Source of the DNA: Pseudothioglobus sp. nBUS_23
Lineage (GTDB): Bacteria > Pseudomonadota > Gammaproteobacteria > PS1 > Pseudothioglobaceae
Assembly (NCBI RefSeq): GCF_051201565.1
Contig: NZ_CP179200.1
Span: 1,200,001-1,232,000, forward strand
Reading direction: 5' to 3'
Length of the DNA: 32,000 nucleotides
The translations under genes were made by a program, and so were the position numbers. Of this stretch, positions 20,608 to 32,000 are shown in pieces. Under the pieces are notes generated by a model. It had not been told where the DNA came from. It searched no databases and was given only the letters and a program-made list of their open reading frames with translations. Positions within the stretch are counted from its first letter, which is position 1. The number at the start of each line of letters is the position of its first letter.

Positions 20608-20705
20608 TAAAATTAATCTCTTTTATTGAAAATTCATTAATATCACATAATTAAAGGGTTAATTCTTTATATAATATTTTTAAATAAATATTAAGGAATA
20701 AATTA

Positions 20706-21602
20706 ATGCAAAGAATACTCCTCTTTTTACTGACTAACATTGCAATAATGGTGATCTTAAGCATCACTCTGAGGATTCTTGGAGTCGATAGCCTTTTGAT
20801 GCAGAATGGAAGCGATTTAAACATCAATGCACTAGTCATTTTTTCTGGAGTTTTTGGCTTTGGTGGAGCTTTTATTTCACTTGCCATTTCTAAGTGGATG
20901 GCAAAAAGAATGACTGGTGCAAAAGTTATCTCGAGCCCCTCAAACAATATCGAAAAATGGCTTATTGAAACTGTTGAAAATCAATCTAAAACAGTAGGTA
21001 TCAAAATGCCTGAAGTTGCTATTTTTCCTTCTAACCAAATGAACGCATTTGCAACTGGTGCTTCAAAGAACAATGCCCTAGTTGCAGTTTCTCAAGGTTT
21101 ACTTGATAATATGACTCAGGGAGAAATTGAGGCTGTCTTAGGTCATGAAATGAGTCATGTTGCGAATGGTGACATGGTGACTCTAACCTTGATTCAGGGG
21201 GTGGTCAATACTTTCGTTATTTTCTTTTCACGAGTCATTGGTCACATTGTAGATCGGGTCATTTTAAAAAATCAGCGTGGCTATGGCATTGGCTACTTTG
21301 TTACAACTATTTTTGCACAAGTAATCCTGTCCATTTTGGCTAGTGTTATAGTGATGTATTTCTCAAGAAAAAGAGAATATATTGCTGACACGGGTGGGGC
21401 TGATTTAGCTGGACATCAAAATATGATTAATGCTCTTAAAAGACTTGGTCAAAAAGAACCTGAAGCACTGCCAGAACAACTAGCAGCATTTGGCATAGGG
21501 GAAAAACCAAAGTCCAATCGTTCTCAATTATGGTCCTCACATCCGCCTATAGAAGACAGAATTAGAGCGCTTGAAAAAAGAGCTCAACAGTTAAATAAAT
21601 AA
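20706..21602 (+). CDS. htpX: Membrane zinc metalloprotease HtpX
   Basis: 298 aa. MQRILLFLLTNIAIMV matches E. coli MMRIALFLLTNLAVMV. Also present are HEMSHVANGDMVTLTLIQGVVNTFVIF (HExxH) and SHPPIEDRIRAL. AAGGA sits 9 nt upstream of the ATG. Confidence 0.95.
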   Translation: MQRILLFLLTNIAIMVILSITLRILGVDSLLMQNGSDLNINALVIFSGVFGFGGAFISLAISKWMAKRMTGAKVISSPSNNIEKWLIETVENQSKTVGIKMPEVAIFPSNQMNAFATGASKNNALVAVSQGLLDNMTQGEIEAVLGHEMSHVANGDMVTLTLIQGVVNTFVIFFSRVIGHIVDRVILKNQRGYGIGYFVTTIFAQVILSILASVIVMYFSRKREYIADTGGADLAGHQNMINALKRLGQKEPEALPEQLAAFGIGEKPKSNRSQLWSSHPPIEDRIRALEKRAQQLNK

Positions 21603-21607
21603 AACTG

Positions 21608-22384
21608 ATGGCTATCTCTATTAAGTCAGCAAATCAAATTGATAAGATGCGAACAGCTGGAAAGCTTGCATCTAGCGTATTAGAAATGGTTGGTGACCAT
21701 GTTAAGACTGGAATAACTACAGAGAAAATTGACCAAATTTGTCATGACTTTATAGTGAATGACCTTGACTGCATCCCAGCTCCACTCAATTACAACGGCT
21801 TTCCAAAGTCGATATGTACATCTGTTAATAACGTTGTATGCCATGGAATACCTAGTGAAAAAAAATTAAAAAAAGGTGACATTATTAACATAGATATCAC
21901 AGTTATAAAAGACGGATACCATGGTGACACATCTAAAATGTTTATTGTCGGAAAACCTAGCGTAAAAGCTCAGAAAATTTGCAATGTAGCTAGAGATTCA
22001 ATGATGCTAGGAATTGACATGGTTAAGCCTGGAATTCATTTAGGTGAAATTGGTAAAGTTATTGGAGATTATGCACACAGCAAAAACTGCTCAGTTGTTA
22101 GGGACTATTGTGGTCACGGAATTGGAGAGGTTTTTCATGAATTACCCCAGGTTATTCATTATGATGATGGCAGAATCAATCAAAGCCCTATTCTAGAGCC
22201 AGGTATGACCTTTACGATAGAGCCAATGATAAACCTTGGAGGATATGAGGTAGTCACATCAAGAATAGATGGCTGGACCGTTACCACAAAAGATAGATCT
22301 CTCTCAGCCCAATGGGAACACACCATTTTAGTGACTGAAACCGGTCATGAAATCCTAACTCTTCGCACAGAGGAAACTAATTAA
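21608..22384 (+). CDS. map: Type I methionine aminopeptidase
   Basis: 258 aa. MAISIKSANQIDKMR matches E. coli MAISIKTPEDIEKMR. The metal ligands appear in DIINIDITV, HGDTS, CGHGIG, FTIEPM and QWEHT. Confidence 0.95.
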   Translation: MAISIKSANQIDKMRTAGKLASSVLEMVGDHVKTGITTEKIDQICHDFIVNDLDCIPAPLNYNGFPKSICTSVNNVVCHGIPSEKKLKKGDIINIDITVIKDGYHGDTSKMFIVGKPSVKAQKICNVARDSMMLGIDMVKPGIHLGEIGKVIGDYAHSKNCSVVRDYCGHGIGEVFHELPQVIHYDDGRINQSPILEPGMTFTIEPMINLGGYEVVTSRIDGWTVTTKDRSLSAQWEHTILVTETGHEILTLRTEETN

Positions 22385-22473
22385 TAACCTATTCAGATTC
22401 ACCCTCTGAGTTTTAAATTACTACTCCAGCTTGTGTTAAAATAACCGTTTTTTAGACTTACTTATTTAGTTCT

Positions 22474-23091
22474 GTGAAGCGCTTAAGAAATTACTTTATA
22501 TCTGGGCTCCTTTTTTGGATTCCATTAGCCTTAAGTGTGCTGGTTATTAAATTCTTCTTAGAAGTTGTTAATAACTTAGTCCCTACCAGGTTGCTACCTG
22601 AATCCCTACTTAACTTGGATACAACAATACCTGGATCAGGAATTATTCTTGTTATTTTCATTATTCTAATCACTGGAGCATTAGTAACAAATATCATAGG
22701 TAGAAAGCTAGTAGATCTTTGGGAAAGAGTTCTCAATAAAATTCCTGGCTTTAGAAATATTTATAATGCTCTTAAGAAAATTTCATCCACAGTTCTCAAT
22801 ACTTCTAGCGATAGCTTTAGAAAAGCCTTTTTAATTCAATATCCTAGCAAAGGGATTTGGGTTGTTGCCTTTCAATCTGGTGACTATGAGGGTGAAGTTA
22901 AAAATATCATTGGAGAAGAGGTAATCAATCTATTTGTTCCAACGACACCTAACCCTACTTCAGGGTTCTTTGTAATGATGCCTAAGAAAGATGCCTATGA
23001 ATTACAAATGACAGTCGAAGAGGCTTTCAAGTTAGTTATCTCAGCTGGAGTTGTCACTCCTGAAAATTTAAAGATTAAGGAGAAGAAATGA
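22474..23091 (+). CDS. DUF502 domain-containing membrane protein
   Basis: 205 aa with a GTG start. [22 protein letters not shown]..., a second TM helix, then [15 protein letters not shown] and [11 protein letters not shown] are as I remember for DUF502. The stop overlaps the aspS start (ATGA). Confidence 0.8.
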   Translation: MKRLRNYFISGLLFWIPLALSVLVIKFFLEVVNNLVPTRLLPESLLNLDTTIPGSGIILVIFIILITGALVTNIIGRKLVDLWERVLNKIPGFRNIYNALKKISSTVLNTSSDSFRKAFLIQYPSKGIWVVAFQSGDYEGEVKNIIGEEVINLFVPTTPNPTSGFFVMMPKKDAYELQMTVEEAFKLVISAGVVTPENLKIKEKK

Positions 23092-24842
23092 GAACGCATT
23101 TTTGTGGGGAATTAAGTAAAGCAAACCTCAACGATGAGGTCAAACTTTGCGGCTGGGTTAACAGAAGGCGTGATCACGGAGGAGTAATATTTCTCGATGT
23201 CAGAGATAAAAAAGGAATCTCACAGGTAGTTATTAACCCTGAAACAGCTGAGACTTTTAAGGTTGCTGAAACCATCAGAAATGAGTTTGTACTGCAAATT
23301 ACTGGAAAAGTTCTTGCTAGAGACTCAGAGATGGTCAATAACAAAATTCCAACTGGTGAAATTGAGGTTCTTGCTCAGCATATTGAGATTTTGAACAACT
23401 CAAAGCCAATGCCATTTCAGCTTGACTCTATGGAAACCTCAGAAGAAGTCAGGTTGAAGTATCGCTACTTAGACCTTCGAAGAGATGAGATGCAAAAGAG
23501 ACTTCGCCTAAGATCTAAAGTGACTCACTTTATGCGTGATTTTATGGATAAGAACGACTTCCTCGATATAGAAACTCCTTTTTTAACCAAAGCAACACCT
23601 GAAGGTGCTAGAGATTATCTTGTCCCCTCGAGGACACATGAAGGCAGCTTTTTTGCCCTTCCACAGTCACCTCAGCTGTTCAAGCAGCTCCTGATGATGT
23701 CTGGTTTCGAAAGATATTACCAAATTGTTAAATGCTTTAGAGATGAAGACTTAAGAGCAGACAGGCAGCCAGAATTCACTCAGCTAGATGTTGAGACCTC
23801 ATTCATGAATGAAGAAGAAATTACAACGCTCATGGAAGAAATGATTAGAGGTCTTTTCTCAGAGGTTGGTAATGTTGAGCTTCCATCTAAATTTCCTTCA
23901 ATTTCTTATGCTGAAGCAATCAAGCTTTATGGCGTTGATAGGCCTGACCTCAGAATTCCACTCCTTATGGTTGATGTCAATGAAGTGGTAAAAGATGTTG
24001 AATTCAAAGTTTTTTCTGGGCCCGCGAATGATAAAAAAGGAAGGGTTGCGGCTCTTAAAGTTGATGGTGGCGCCTCAATCAGTCGTAAACAAATTGATGA
24101 TTACACCAAATTTGTTAGTATTTATGGTGCCAAAGGACTTGCATACATCAAGCTGAATGAAGATGGCCCCTCATCACCAATCATTAAATTTTTAGGGGAT
24201 GATGTCACCCAAAAAGTTATAGATTTGACTGAGGCGAAAACTGGAGATATTATCTTTTTTGGTGCAGACAAATCTAAAGTTGTTAATGAAGCATTGGGCA
24301 ACCTTAGGGAGAAACTGGGCCATGATTTAAACTTATTCAACAAAGAATGGGCGCCAGTTTGGGTCATGGACTTTCCAATGTTTGAGGTGTCAGATGATGG
24401 CTCATTGAACGCAATTCACCATCCATTTACTGCTCCAAGCATCGACTCAAAATCTTTAAAAAACAATCCCGAAGAGTCACTCTCAAGAGCCTATGACCTT
24501 GTAATTAACGGCTCTGAGGTTGGAGGTGGGTCTATAAGAATTCATCAAAGTGATATGCAAAAAACTGTCTTAAACCTTTTAGGTATTGATGATGAAGAAG
24601 CAAGAGAGAAATTTGGCTTCCTATTAGATGCTCTAGATTATGGATGCCCTCCGCATGGAGGAATAGCTTTTGGACTCGATAGACTAGTCATGACTCTAAG
24701 CAAAACTGAATCCATCAGAGACGTTATCGCTTTCCCTAAAACTCAAACAGCAGCTTGTCTTCTTACTGATGCACCATCTGTTGTTTCCAAGTCTCAACTC
24801 AAAGAATTAAATATTAAGGTTGCCCTACCAAAAAATCAGTAA
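23088..24842 (+). CDS. aspS: Aspartate--tRNA ligase
   Basis: 584 aa. MRTHFCGEL...[21 protein letters not shown] matches E. coli AspS. Class II motifs are present ([35 protein letters not shown]), along with the bacterial insertion domain. Confidence 0.95.
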   Translation: MRTHFCGELSKANLNDEVKLCGWVNRRRDHGGVIFLDVRDKKGISQVVINPETAETFKVAETIRNEFVLQITGKVLARDSEMVNNKIPTGEIEVLAQHIEILNNSKPMPFQLDSMETSEEVRLKYRYLDLRRDEMQKRLRLRSKVTHFMRDFMDKNDFLDIETPFLTKATPEGARDYLVPSRTHEGSFFALPQSPQLFKQLLMMSGFERYYQIVKCFRDEDLRADRQPEFTQLDVETSFMNEEEITTLMEEMIRGLFSEVGNVELPSKFPSISYAEAIKLYGVDRPDLRIPLLMVDVNEVVKDVEFKVFSGPANDKKGRVAALKVDGGASISRKQIDDYTKFVSIYGAKGLAYIKLNEDGPSSPIIKFLGDDVTQKVIDLTEAKTGDIIFFGADKSKVVNEALGNLREKLGHDLNLFNKEWAPVWVMDFPMFEVSDDGSLNAIHHPFTAPSIDSKSLKNNPEESLSRAYDLVINGSEVGGGSIRIHQSDMQKTVLNLLGIDDEEAREKFGFLLDALDYGCPPHGGIAFGLDRLVMTLSKTESIRDVIAFPKTQTAACLLTDAPSVVSKSQLKELNIKVALPKNQ

Positions 24843-25810
24843 TGCAAAACATAGTTATAGATCAATCTATTGAAGAGTCAATTAAAGAAGCGCTCAAGCA
24901 GAATAACGCCACCCTAGTGGCTCACTATTATGTAAGCGCCGACCTTCAGACTTTAGCTGAAGAGACTGGCGGAATTGTATCAGACTCTCTTGAAATGGCT
25001 CGATTTGGTCAAAACAGTGATGCTGGAACTATCATTGTTGCTGGAGTGAAGTTTATGGGAGAGACTGCTAAAATCTTATCTCCAGAGAAAAGGGTTTTAG
25101 TTTTAGATGAAAAAGCTACGTGCTCTCTAGATTTATCCTGTCCAATCAAAGAATTTTCTGAGTTTTGTGATCTTAATCCTGATCACGAAGTCGTTGTTTA
25201 CGCAAATACTTCTGCAGAGGTTAAAGCCAGAGCTGACTGGGTGGTTACATCTGGGAGTGCACTCAAAGTAGTTCAGAAGTTACATAGCGAAGGAAAAAAA
25301 GTGCTCTGGGCACCTGACAAACATCTTGGTCATTATGTGCAGTCTATGACTGGAGTTGAAATGCTGATGTGGGATGGTGCGTGTATTGTTCATGAGGAAT
25401 TCAAAGCAGAAGGCTTGAAAAGACTTATGGAGCTTCATCCAGAAGCTGGCATTTTAGTTCATCCCGAATCGCCTAAAGAAGTCATAGCTCTCGCAGACGT
25501 TGTTGGCTCAACAACTCAACTAATTAATGCAGTATCCTCAAGACCAGAAACAACTTTCATAGTGGCAACAGATAATGGCATTTTTCACAAAATGAAAGAG
25601 ATTGCCCCTCAAAAAAAATTAATTGAAGCCCCTACCATGGGTGAGGGAGCAGACTGCGAGTCTTGCGCTCATTGCAACTGGATGGCTATGAATAGTCTTG
25701 AAAAGTGCCTTGAAACTCTTAATACTGGACAAAATGAAATTCTCATTGATAGCGAAGTTATTGATAGAGCAAAGCACTCAATTCAACGCTTACTAGACTT
25801 TACAAAGTAA
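24842..25810 (+). CDS. nadA: Quinolinate synthase
   Basis: 322 aa. Contains [30 protein letters not shown] and [10 protein letters not shown] (the third cluster Cys region, E. coli CAHCPWMAMN). Its start overlaps the last base of the aspS stop (TAATG). Confidence 0.9.
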   Translation: MQNIVIDQSIEESIKEALKQNNATLVAHYYVSADLQTLAEETGGIVSDSLEMARFGQNSDAGTIIVAGVKFMGETAKILSPEKRVLVLDEKATCSLDLSCPIKEFSEFCDLNPDHEVVVYANTSAEVKARADWVVTSGSALKVVQKLHSEGKKVLWAPDKHLGHYVQSMTGVEMLMWDGACIVHEEFKAEGLKRLMELHPEAGILVHPESPKEVIALADVVGSTTQLINAVSSRPETTFIVATDNGIFHKMKEIAPQKKLIEAPTMGEGADCESCAHCNWMAMNSLEKCLETLNTGQNEILIDSEVIDRAKHSIQRLLDFTK

Positions 25811-25837
25811 TGTTTTTATTGGAGATATTGATAAAAA

Positions 25838-26578
25838 ATGGCAGGACATAGTAAATGGCACAATATTCAGCATCGAAAAGGCGCTCAAGATGCTAAGCGT
25901 GGAAAAATTTTCACAAAGCTGATTAAAGAAATTGTAGTTGCTGCAAAGATGGGTGGTGGAGTGATTGAAAACAACCCTTCACTTAGGACTGTGATTGATA
26001 AAGCACTAGCTGCAAACATGAAAAGAGACACCATCGATAACGCCGTGAAAAGGGGTTCTGGTGACCTTGAAGGGGAAAATTATGAGGAAATTCGCTACGA
26101 AGGTTATGGACTTGGAGGCACAGCCATAATGGTTGACTGCCTTACAGATAATAAAAATCGAACTGTCTCTGATGTTAGGCACGCCTTCTCTAAAAACGGT
26201 GGTAACCTTGGGACAGACGGCTCTGTTTCCTATATGTTTTCAAAGCAAGGATTTATAAGCTTTGCATCTGGCGATGAAGATACAATCATGGAAATAGCAA
26301 TTGAATCTGGGGCAGAAGATATAGTCATCAATGATGATAACTCAATCGATGTAGTCACCTCACCAGAGAATTTTTTTATTGTTAAAGATGCATTATTAGC
26401 CAAAGATTTAACTCCAGACCATTCAGAGATTACTATGGAACCTGCCAATAGAGTTGAGCTCAACGTTGAAGATGCAGAAAAGTTTATGAAACTCATAGAT
26501 AGACTAGAAGACCTTGATGACACCCAAGACGTCTACCATAACGCCGATATTTCAGATGAGATTCTATCTGAACTATGA
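25838..26578 (+). CDS. yebC: YebC/PmpR-family DNA-binding transcriptional regulator
   Basis: 246 aa. [32 protein letters not shown] is the invariant family N-terminus. It is not followed by ruvCAB here; instead it overlaps the purL start (ATGA). Confidence 0.9.
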   Translation: MAGHSKWHNIQHRKGAQDAKRGKIFTKLIKEIVVAAKMGGGVIENNPSLRTVIDKALAANMKRDTIDNAVKRGSGDLEGENYEEIRYEGYGLGGTAIMVDCLTDNKNRTVSDVRHAFSKNGGNLGTDGSVSYMFSKQGFISFASGDEDTIMEIAIESGAEDIVINDDNSIDVVTSPENFFIVKDALLAKDLTPDHSEITMEPANRVELNVEDAEKFMKLIDRLEDLDDTQDVYHNADISDEILSEL

Positions 26579-29500
26579 TTTCTTTTCACACCGGGATTCA
26601 GGCACTCAGAAAATTTAAAGTCAACTCACTTAATGAAAGATTTCAAGCTTTATTCCCAGACCTAGAACTTATTGGAACTGAATACATTCACTTTATACAG
26701 TCAGATAAAGATTTAAATCAATCTAACAAAAAAGCGCTCTATAAGCTTTTAGATTACGCACCGGGAGTTAACTTAGTTAATTCTAAACACAAGATAACAA
26801 TTACTCCTCGAATTGGTACCATTTCACCTTGGTCATCCAAGGCGACTGATATTTGTAAGCTTTGCGGTTTGTCTGTGGTTTCAAGAATTGAGAGAGGGAT
26901 TAACTATCATTTTGATAGAGCAGTTAGTGCAAATGAACTAGCCACTATATTAGAGCTAGTTATGGATAAGATGACTGAATCTGTCCTTAATGACATGAAT
27001 GATTCAGATTTATTATTCAATGAATTTATGCCAAATAAATTCGACACAATTGATATTTTAAGTCAAGGTAAATCTGCAATTAATAGGGCTAACAATGAAC
27101 TTGGACTTGCACTAAGTCAGAGCGAAATAAATTATCTTTTTGATAGCTTTGTAGCCATAGAGAGAAACCCTAGAGATATTGAGTTGATGATGTTTGCTCA
27201 AGCAAACTCTGAGCACTGTAGACACAAAATTTTCAATGCAGATTGGACTATTGACTCTGAAAAACAAGCAATTTCTCTCTTTGGAATGATTAAAAATACT
27301 TACAAACAAAACCCTGAAGGTTTATTGTCAGTTTACAGCGACAATTCAGCAGTCATGAATGGATATGCTTCAAGCTACTTTGAAGCAAATGAAGAAGGCA
27401 TATATCAGAGTTCTGTTGCTGAAAAAGCAGTCCTAATGAAGGTCGAAACGCATAATCATCCTACAGCAATTGCACCGGACCCTGGCGCTGCTACAGGCTC
27501 AGGCGGAGAAATCAGGGATGAAGGCGCCACAGGAAGAGGGTCTAAGCCAAAAACTGGTCTATGCGGCTTTTCAGTCTCAAACTTAAAGATTCCAAATTCA
27601 GTTCAGCCATGGGAAAAAGATTATGGCAAACCAAGTCAGATCTCCTCTGCATTAGAAATCATGATTGATGGCCCTATCGGCGCCGCATCATTCAACAATG
27701 AATTTGGAAGACCCAATACTTGTGGTTATTTCAGAACATACGAACAGAAAACAAATAATGGTGAAGTGAGAGGTTATCACAAACCAATCATGCTGGCTGG
27801 TGGCATCGGTAACATCAAAACAAATCATGTTGAAAAGGGTTTGATTTCTGACGGAGATAAAATAATTGTTCTGGGTGGTCCGGCAATGCTAATTGGACTT
27901 GGTGGTGGTGCAGCATCAAGTATTGGCAGTGGGGATCAAAACGAAAGCCTTGACTATGCTTCTGTCCAAAGGGCAAATCCAGAAATGCAAAGACGATCTC
28001 AAGAAGTCATAACTGCTTGTACTAACCTTGGTGAAAAAAATCCAATTGTATCTATACATGATATTGGCGCAGGTGGACTATCAAACGGGATTCCTGAGCT
28101 CGTCAATGACTCAAAGAAAGGTGCAAAGCTTCAATTAAGGTCGATACCCAATGACGAGTTTAAAATGTCTCCACTTGAAATTTGGTGCAACGAGTCACAA
28201 GAAAGATATGTCATCGCAATTAAAGAGGAAAGTATTAATCTTTTTGATCAAATTTGCCTGAAAGAGAGAGCGCCCTATGCTGTTTTAGGAAGTGCTACAG
28301 ACGACAGGCATTTACTTTTGGAGGACTCTCACTTTAAAAACAAACCGATTGATCTTAAGATGTCACTTCTATTTGGATCATCCCCCAAAACTCACAAAGA
28401 TGTCGAGTCTTTACCGAATATTGAAAAAGCATTTAATCCATCAAATATTGAACTTGAAGATGCCATTAAGCGCTTACTTAATCTTCCAACGATTGCCAGT
28501 AAAAACTTCCTCATTACAATTGCTGATCGATCTGTAACTGGACTCATCGCAAGGGACCAAATGATTGGACCATGGCAAGTCCCTGTAGCTGACTGCGCAA
28601 TTTCACTCTCAGACTATGAAGGCTATCAAGGTGAAGCAATGTCTATCGGAGAAAAAACTCCACTATCTCTTATCAATGCTGCTGCTGCTGCAAGAATGAG
28701 TGTTGGAGAGGCATTAACCAATTTACTAGGTGCTTACATTGAAGATATTAATCATATCAATCTATCGGCAAACTGGATGTGTGCTAGTGGGCATCCTGGA
28801 GAAGATGCAAAACTTTTCGAGGCAGTTAAATCAATTGGTATGGAACTTTGCCCTCAACTTGGCTTGACAATTCCAGTAGGTAAAGACTCTATGTCAATGA
28901 AAAGCTCTTGGAGTGAAGACAATGAAGAGAAATCTGTAACTGCGCCACTATCACTCATCATCAGCGCCTTCTCTAAAACTCCTGATGCAAGACTGCAAAT
29001 GACTCCTCTACTCAGCACTGAGTTAAATTCTGAGTTATTCTTGATTGACCTTGGGCTCGGTAAAAATAGGATGGGTGGCTCTTCACTTGCACAAGTTTTT
29101 AATCAAATTGGTAATGAGGCTCCAGACCTTGATAATCCAAAACTTTTTGCTAAATTCTTCTCAGCAATGAACGCTTTTAATAAATCAGGTCTGATTAGCG
29201 CTTTTCACGACCGATCTGATGGAGGTGTACTGATCACTTTATTAGAAATGGCATTCGCCTCAAGATGCGGATTGGATATCAGAGTATCAGACCCTATAGC
29301 TGATCTGTTTAATGAAGAGCTTGGATGCATCATACAAGTCAGTAATCATAATCAAGCAACTGTCTTAAAAGAACTAGCTAAAATTGGTCTCAAAGACCAT
29401 ACCAAATCTATTGCTAAGATTACTGAGTCTGACGAGATTATAATCTATCATAACGATCTTAAAGTTTATGCAGATCGCAGAGATAACCTTCAGGAGTTAT

Positions 29501-30414
29501 GGTCTTCGACGTCTTATCAAATAGCCAAACTAAGAGACAATCCAGAGTGCGCTAAATCTGAAAATTCTGAACTATCTAGAACTTCAAGTGGTCTTATTAG
29601 CTCACCCAGTTTTGACATCAATGAAACGATCACTGCCCCCTATCTTAACCAAGGAGTAAAACCAAAAATTGCAATTCTAAGAGAGCAAGGAATCAATGGC
29701 CACATCGAAATGGCAGCAGCATTTTCTAAAGCCGGTTTCGAAGCAAATGATGTCCATATGAGTCAAATTCTATCTGGAGAGATTTCTTTGTCAAAATTCA
29801 AAGGATTGGCTGCTTGCGGTGGATTCTCCTATGGCGATGTTCTTGGAGCTGGAAGAGGATGGGCCAACTCCATTCTTTTAAACCAAAGAGCCAAAGATGA
29901 GTTTTCAGAATATTTTCTTAGAAGTGATAGCTTTACTCTCGGAGTCTGTAATGGCTGTCAAATGATTTCAAATCTTCAAGAAATTATTCCTGGAACTGAC
30001 AATTGGCCTTCATTTGAAAGAAATACATCAGAGCAGTTCGAAGCCAGATTTACTGGAGTTAAAATTAACCATTCAAACTCAATACTATTTAATGGTATGC
30101 AGGACTCAGTCATGCCAGTTGCCATTGCTCATGGCGAAGGTAGAGCCTCCTTCAAGTCAAAATTAGCTGAAAATAATATTACAATGCAATATGTTGACCA
30201 TTCTGGAAACTCCTCTCAAATTTATCCGCATAACCCTAATGGCTCTGAAAATGCAGCTGCCGCGATCTGCGATGAATCAGGAAGGATTACAATTATGATG
30301 CCTCATCCAGAGAGGGTTTTTAGAGCAGTCCAGAACTCTTGGCACCCTAATGATTGGAAAGAGCGCTCGCCATGGATGAGAATGTTTGAAAATGCCAGAG
30401 CATGGATCAATTAA
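26575..30414 (+). CDS. purL: Phosphoribosylformylglycinamidine synthase, single-chain (large PurL)
   Basis: 1279 aa. It has the N-terminal PurS-like domain, the FGAM synthetase core ([26 protein letters not shown]) and a C-terminal glutaminase domain (GVCNGCQM, the catalytic Cys; MPHPER). Confidence 0.95.
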   Translation: MISFHTGIQALRKFKVNSLNERFQALFPDLELIGTEYIHFIQSDKDLNQSNKKALYKLLDYAPGVNLVNSKHKITITPRIGTISPWSSKATDICKLCGLSVVSRIERGINYHFDRAVSANELATILELVMDKMTESVLNDMNDSDLLFNEFMPNKFDTIDILSQGKSAINRANNELGLALSQSEINYLFDSFVAIERNPRDIELMMFAQANSEHCRHKIFNADWTIDSEKQAISLFGMIKNTYKQNPEGLLSVYSDNSAVMNGYASSYFEANEEGIYQSSVAEKAVLMKVETHNHPTAIAPDPGAATGSGGEIRDEGATGRGSKPKTGLCGFSVSNLKIPNSVQPWEKDYGKPSQISSALEIMIDGPIGAASFNNEFGRPNTCGYFRTYEQKTNNGEVRGYHKPIMLAGGIGNIKTNHVEKGLISDGDKIIVLGGPAMLIGLGGGAASSIGSGDQNESLDYASVQRANPEMQRRSQEVITACTNLGEKNPIVSIHDIGAGGLSNGIPELVNDSKKGAKLQLRSIPNDEFKMSPLEIWCNESQERYVIAIKEESINLFDQICLKERAPYAVLGSATDDRHLLLEDSHFKNKPIDLKMSLLFGSSPKTHKDVESLPNIEKAFNPSNIELEDAIKRLLNLPTIASKNFLITIADRSVTGLIARDQMIGPWQVPVADCAISLSDYEGYQGEAMSIGEKTPLSLINAAAAARMSVGEALTNLLGAYIEDINHINLSANWMCASGHPGEDAKLFEAVKSIGMELCPQLGLTIPVGKDSMSMKSSWSEDNEEKSVTAPLSLIISAFSKTPDARLQMTPLLSTELNSELFLIDLGLGKNRMGGSSLAQVFNQIGNEAPDLDNPKLFAKFFSAMNAFNKSGLISAFHDRSDGGVLITLLEMAFASRCGLDIRVSDPIADLFNEELGCIIQVSNHNQATVLKELAKIGLKDHTKSIAKITESDEIIIYHNDLKVYADRRDNLQELWSSTSYQIAKLRDNPECAKSENSELSRTSSGLISSPSFDINETITAPYLNQGVKPKIAILREQGINGHIEMAAAFSKAGFEANDVHMSQILSGEISLSKFKGLAACGGFSYGDVLGAGRGWANSILLNQRAKDEFSEYFLRSDSFTLGVCNGCQMISNLQEIIPGTDNWPSFERNTSEQFEARFTGVKINHSNSILFNGMQDSVMPVAIAHGEGRASFKSKLAENNITMQYVDHSGNSSQIYPHNPNGSENAAAAICDESGRITIMMPHPERVFRAVQNSWHPNDWKERSPWMRMFENARAWIN

Positions 30415-30424
30415 TTACATTCAT

Positions 30425-31084
30425 ATGAATCCCAATAAAATCATTAGAAGCAAGCGTAAAACCCTCAGCCTCACGATTAATGAAAATGCTGAGCTCATTA
30501 TTCGTGCACCTAAAAGACTCTCTATTGAAAAAATTCAAGATTTTATAAATGAAAAAGAAAACTGGATTAATAGAAAAAAAAGATTAATTGAAAATCAAAT
30601 AAAAGATGTTACAAGTAATCATAACAAGCTTCTGTATTTAGGTACTCTTTTTCCAATCAATGTAGAACAGAATGCGTCAAAAGAGCTTTTTTTTACCGGT
30701 GAAGAGTTTATTGCTAATTCAATAGAACCAGACTCTCTGTCATTATCTATCAAGAAATGGTACAAAAATAAATTTAAAGAGATAGCTCTGCCTAGAGTTG
30801 CATACTTTGCTAATAAACATAATTTGATGGTCAACCAGGTCAGAATAAAAAACCAGAAAACTATGTGGGGATCATGCTCTTCTAAAAACAACATTAACCT
30901 TAACTATCTTTTATTAATGGCTCCAATGGGTGTCATTGACTACGTCATAGTTCATGAATTAGTCCACACAATACACAGGAATCACTCTACTGACTTCTGG
31001 GACTCAGTTGAATCAATAATGCCTGAGTTTCAAGAACACAAACGCTGGCTTAAAAAAAATGGCTACAAGTTAAGAAGGATTTGA
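30425..31084 (+). CDS. YgjP-like (DUF45/M48-related) metal-dependent hydrolase
   Basis: Contains SKRKTLSLTI near the N-terminus, MWGSCSSKNNINLN, and HELVHTIHRNHSTDFW (HExxH...H). I prefer the ATG at 30425, 11 nt after the purL stop, over the track start at 30386, which lies inside purL. Confidence 0.8.
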   Translation: MNPNKIIRSKRKTLSLTINENAELIIRAPKRLSIEKIQDFINEKENWINRKKRLIENQIKDVTSNHNKLLYLGTLFPINVEQNASKELFFTGEEFIANSIEPDSLSLSIKKWYKNKFKEIALPRVAYFANKHNLMVNQVRIKNQKTMWGSCSSKNNINLNYLLLMAPMGVIDYVIVHELVHTIHRNHSTDFWDSVESIMPEFQEHKRWLKKNGYKLRRI

Positions 31085-31091
31085 GAGTTAA

Positions 31092-31418
31092 TTAGCTATT
31101 AAACTTTTCAACAGCTTCTTGCATGGCATCTTTCAGGGTATCCTGCTCAGCCATTTCTATGATGATGTCTCCACCACCAACAAGTTCAGAATTGAAATAT
31201 ATTTGTGGAAAAGTTGGCCAATCAGCAAAGTCAGGTAGGCTTTGAAAGACCTCTTGATCTTCAAAAACATTGACGTAAGCAAACTCTACACCAGTAGAGG
31301 CAAGTGTTTGAGAGGCTCTAGCAGAGAAACCACACTGAGGGAATTGTGGAGTACCTTTCATGTAAATGACAATTGCTGCGCTATCGACTTGCTTTTGAAT
31401 TTTTTCTAATACTTCCAA
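31092..31418 (-). CDS. grxD: Monothiol (Grx4-type) glutaredoxin
   Basis: 108 aa. Contains EKIQKQV...VIYMKGTPQFPQCGFS (the CGFS active site), WPTFPQIY and GGGDII. It uses a TTG start, with GGAG 7 nt upstream (31429-31426). Confidence 0.9.
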   Translation of the reverse strand: MEVLEKIQKQVDSAAIVIYMKGTPQFPQCGFSARASQTLASTGVEFAYVNVFEDQEVFQSLPDFADWPTFPQIYFNSELVGGGDIIIEMAEQDTLKDAMQEAVEKFNS

Positions 31419-31487
31419 TTTACTTCTCCGATTTTTTTTTGTTATTTTAATCTAGTATTTAAATCACTGTACACAATCATTCAAGAA

Positions 31488-32000
31488 TTATTGTTTTACA
31501 GCTTGCGAAATAATGTATTTTTGCCCTTGCTTAATTTTTTTATAATTACCGAAAACTGACTTAAAGTTACTCTTAATGAAATCTTTCAGCCCATTGATTG
31601 TAACAACTGTAATTTTGCCACCTGACTCAAGGGCGTCAAAGGCATCATAAAGTATGATTGAAAGCTGCTCTCTTCCAACCTTTGCAGGAATATTTGAAAT
31701 AATTTGACTAAACTTTATCTCACTTGGGACGTGCGTAAACGCATCTGAGAGATATGCTTTTGCGTTAACAATACCATTTCTCTTTGCATTTTCATTTGCA
31801 AGCTCAACAGCAATAAAATCCTTGTCTACCATGTGTACTTGGCCCTTATGGCATTGTCGAGCTAAAGCAAGACCAATGGGGCCATAACCACACCCTAAAT
31901 CTAAACATACATCACCCTCATCAGCACTGATATATTTCATGAGTAAAAGAGTTCCATCATCAATTGATCGTGGACTAAAGACTCCCCATCGTGTATGCAA
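31488..32000 (-). CDS. Class I SAM-dependent methyltransferase, RsmC/YbxB-like small-domain type (partial; N-terminus may extend beyond the right window edge)
   Basis: Contains FSPRSIDDGTLLL (the MTS-domain entry), LDLGCGYGPIGLALA (motif I), VDKDFIAVELANENAKRNGI, and ISNIPAKVG at the motif IV position (NIPA rather than NPPF/NPPI). The apparent initial M in the track is a TTG at the very edge of the window, so the true start is unknown. Confidence 0.7.
   Translation of the reverse strand: MHTRWGVFSPRSIDDGTLLLMKYISADEGDVCLDLGCGYGPIGLALARQCHKGQVHMVDKDFIAVELANENAKRNGIVNAKAYLSDAFTHVPSEIKFSQIISNIPAKVGREQLSIILYDAFDALESGGKITVVTINGLKDFIKSNFKSVFGNYKKIKQGQKYIISQAVKQ

Noticed and set aside
20625-20651. 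Sigma-32 heat-shock promoter upstream of htpX (ATTGAAA at 20625-20631 resembles the CTTGAAA -35).
   Set aside because: The candidate -10 (TCACATAA around 20643-20650) matches CCCCATnT poorly. The spacer of about 11 nt is shorter than the usual 13-17 nt. TTGAAA-like words are common in this AT-rich DNA.
19261-20705. Integrative genomic island inserted at tRNA-His.
   Set aside because: There is no integrase or recombinase and no direct repeat of the tRNA-His 3' end (GTTCGAGCCCCGTTTCTCGCCCCA or fragments) downstream. I see no obvious compositional shift by eye. I keep it only as an accessory-looking islet, not a mobile element.
20651-20947. 98-aa minus-strand ORF overlapping the htpX start.
   Set aside because: It is antisense to the highly conserved HtpX N-terminus (MQRILLFLLTNIAIMV...) and has no independent support.

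Overview
This is an AT-rich, very tightly packed stretch of a gammaproteobacterial chromosome. The taxon call rests on nfuA, dksA, rpoZ, grxD, a single-chain purL and the folK-panB-panC order. The style resembles a streamlined marine lineage, but that is inference only. I call 35 protein-coding genes (two cut by the window edges), one three-gene tRNA operon (Pro-UGG, Arg-UCU, His-GUG), two intrinsic terminators and a few promoter-like motifs. By my coordinates only about 1.4 kb of the 32 kb is unassigned.

Almost everything is core housekeeping:
- Amino-acid, vitamin and cofactor synthesis: ilvA, thiL, thiC, panBC, folK, proB, hemB, nadA, purL.
- Translation and transcription: obg, aspS, map, dksA, rpoZ, yebC.
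- Replication: dnaQ.
- Envelope: waaA, htpX.
- Central metabolism: acs.

I see no integrase, transposase, CRISPR array, phage genes, toxin-antitoxin pair or recognisable defence system. I do not think the window holds a clear novel multi-gene system.

The only accessory-looking patch is about 1.4 kb directly downstream of the tRNA operon (19261-20705). It holds a DUF2628-like membrane protein, a 48-aa lipoprotein gene missing from the ORF track (strong SD, lipobox, own terminator), and a 4-Cys secreted orphan, all just upstream of htpX.

Other points worth a second look:
- thiC has no room for a TPP riboswitch, with only a 38-bp divergent spacer to hemB.
- A 14-codon uORF with a Shine-Dalgarno overlaps the waaA start.
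- Six functionally unrelated genes (obg to nfuA) are chained by overlapping stop and start codons.
- Convergent gene pairs sit 7-9 bp apart with no terminator.
- rpoZ is a monocistron with an acidic tail.
- An HDAC-type deacetylase lies in the same window as an Acs that keeps the acetylatable lysine motif.
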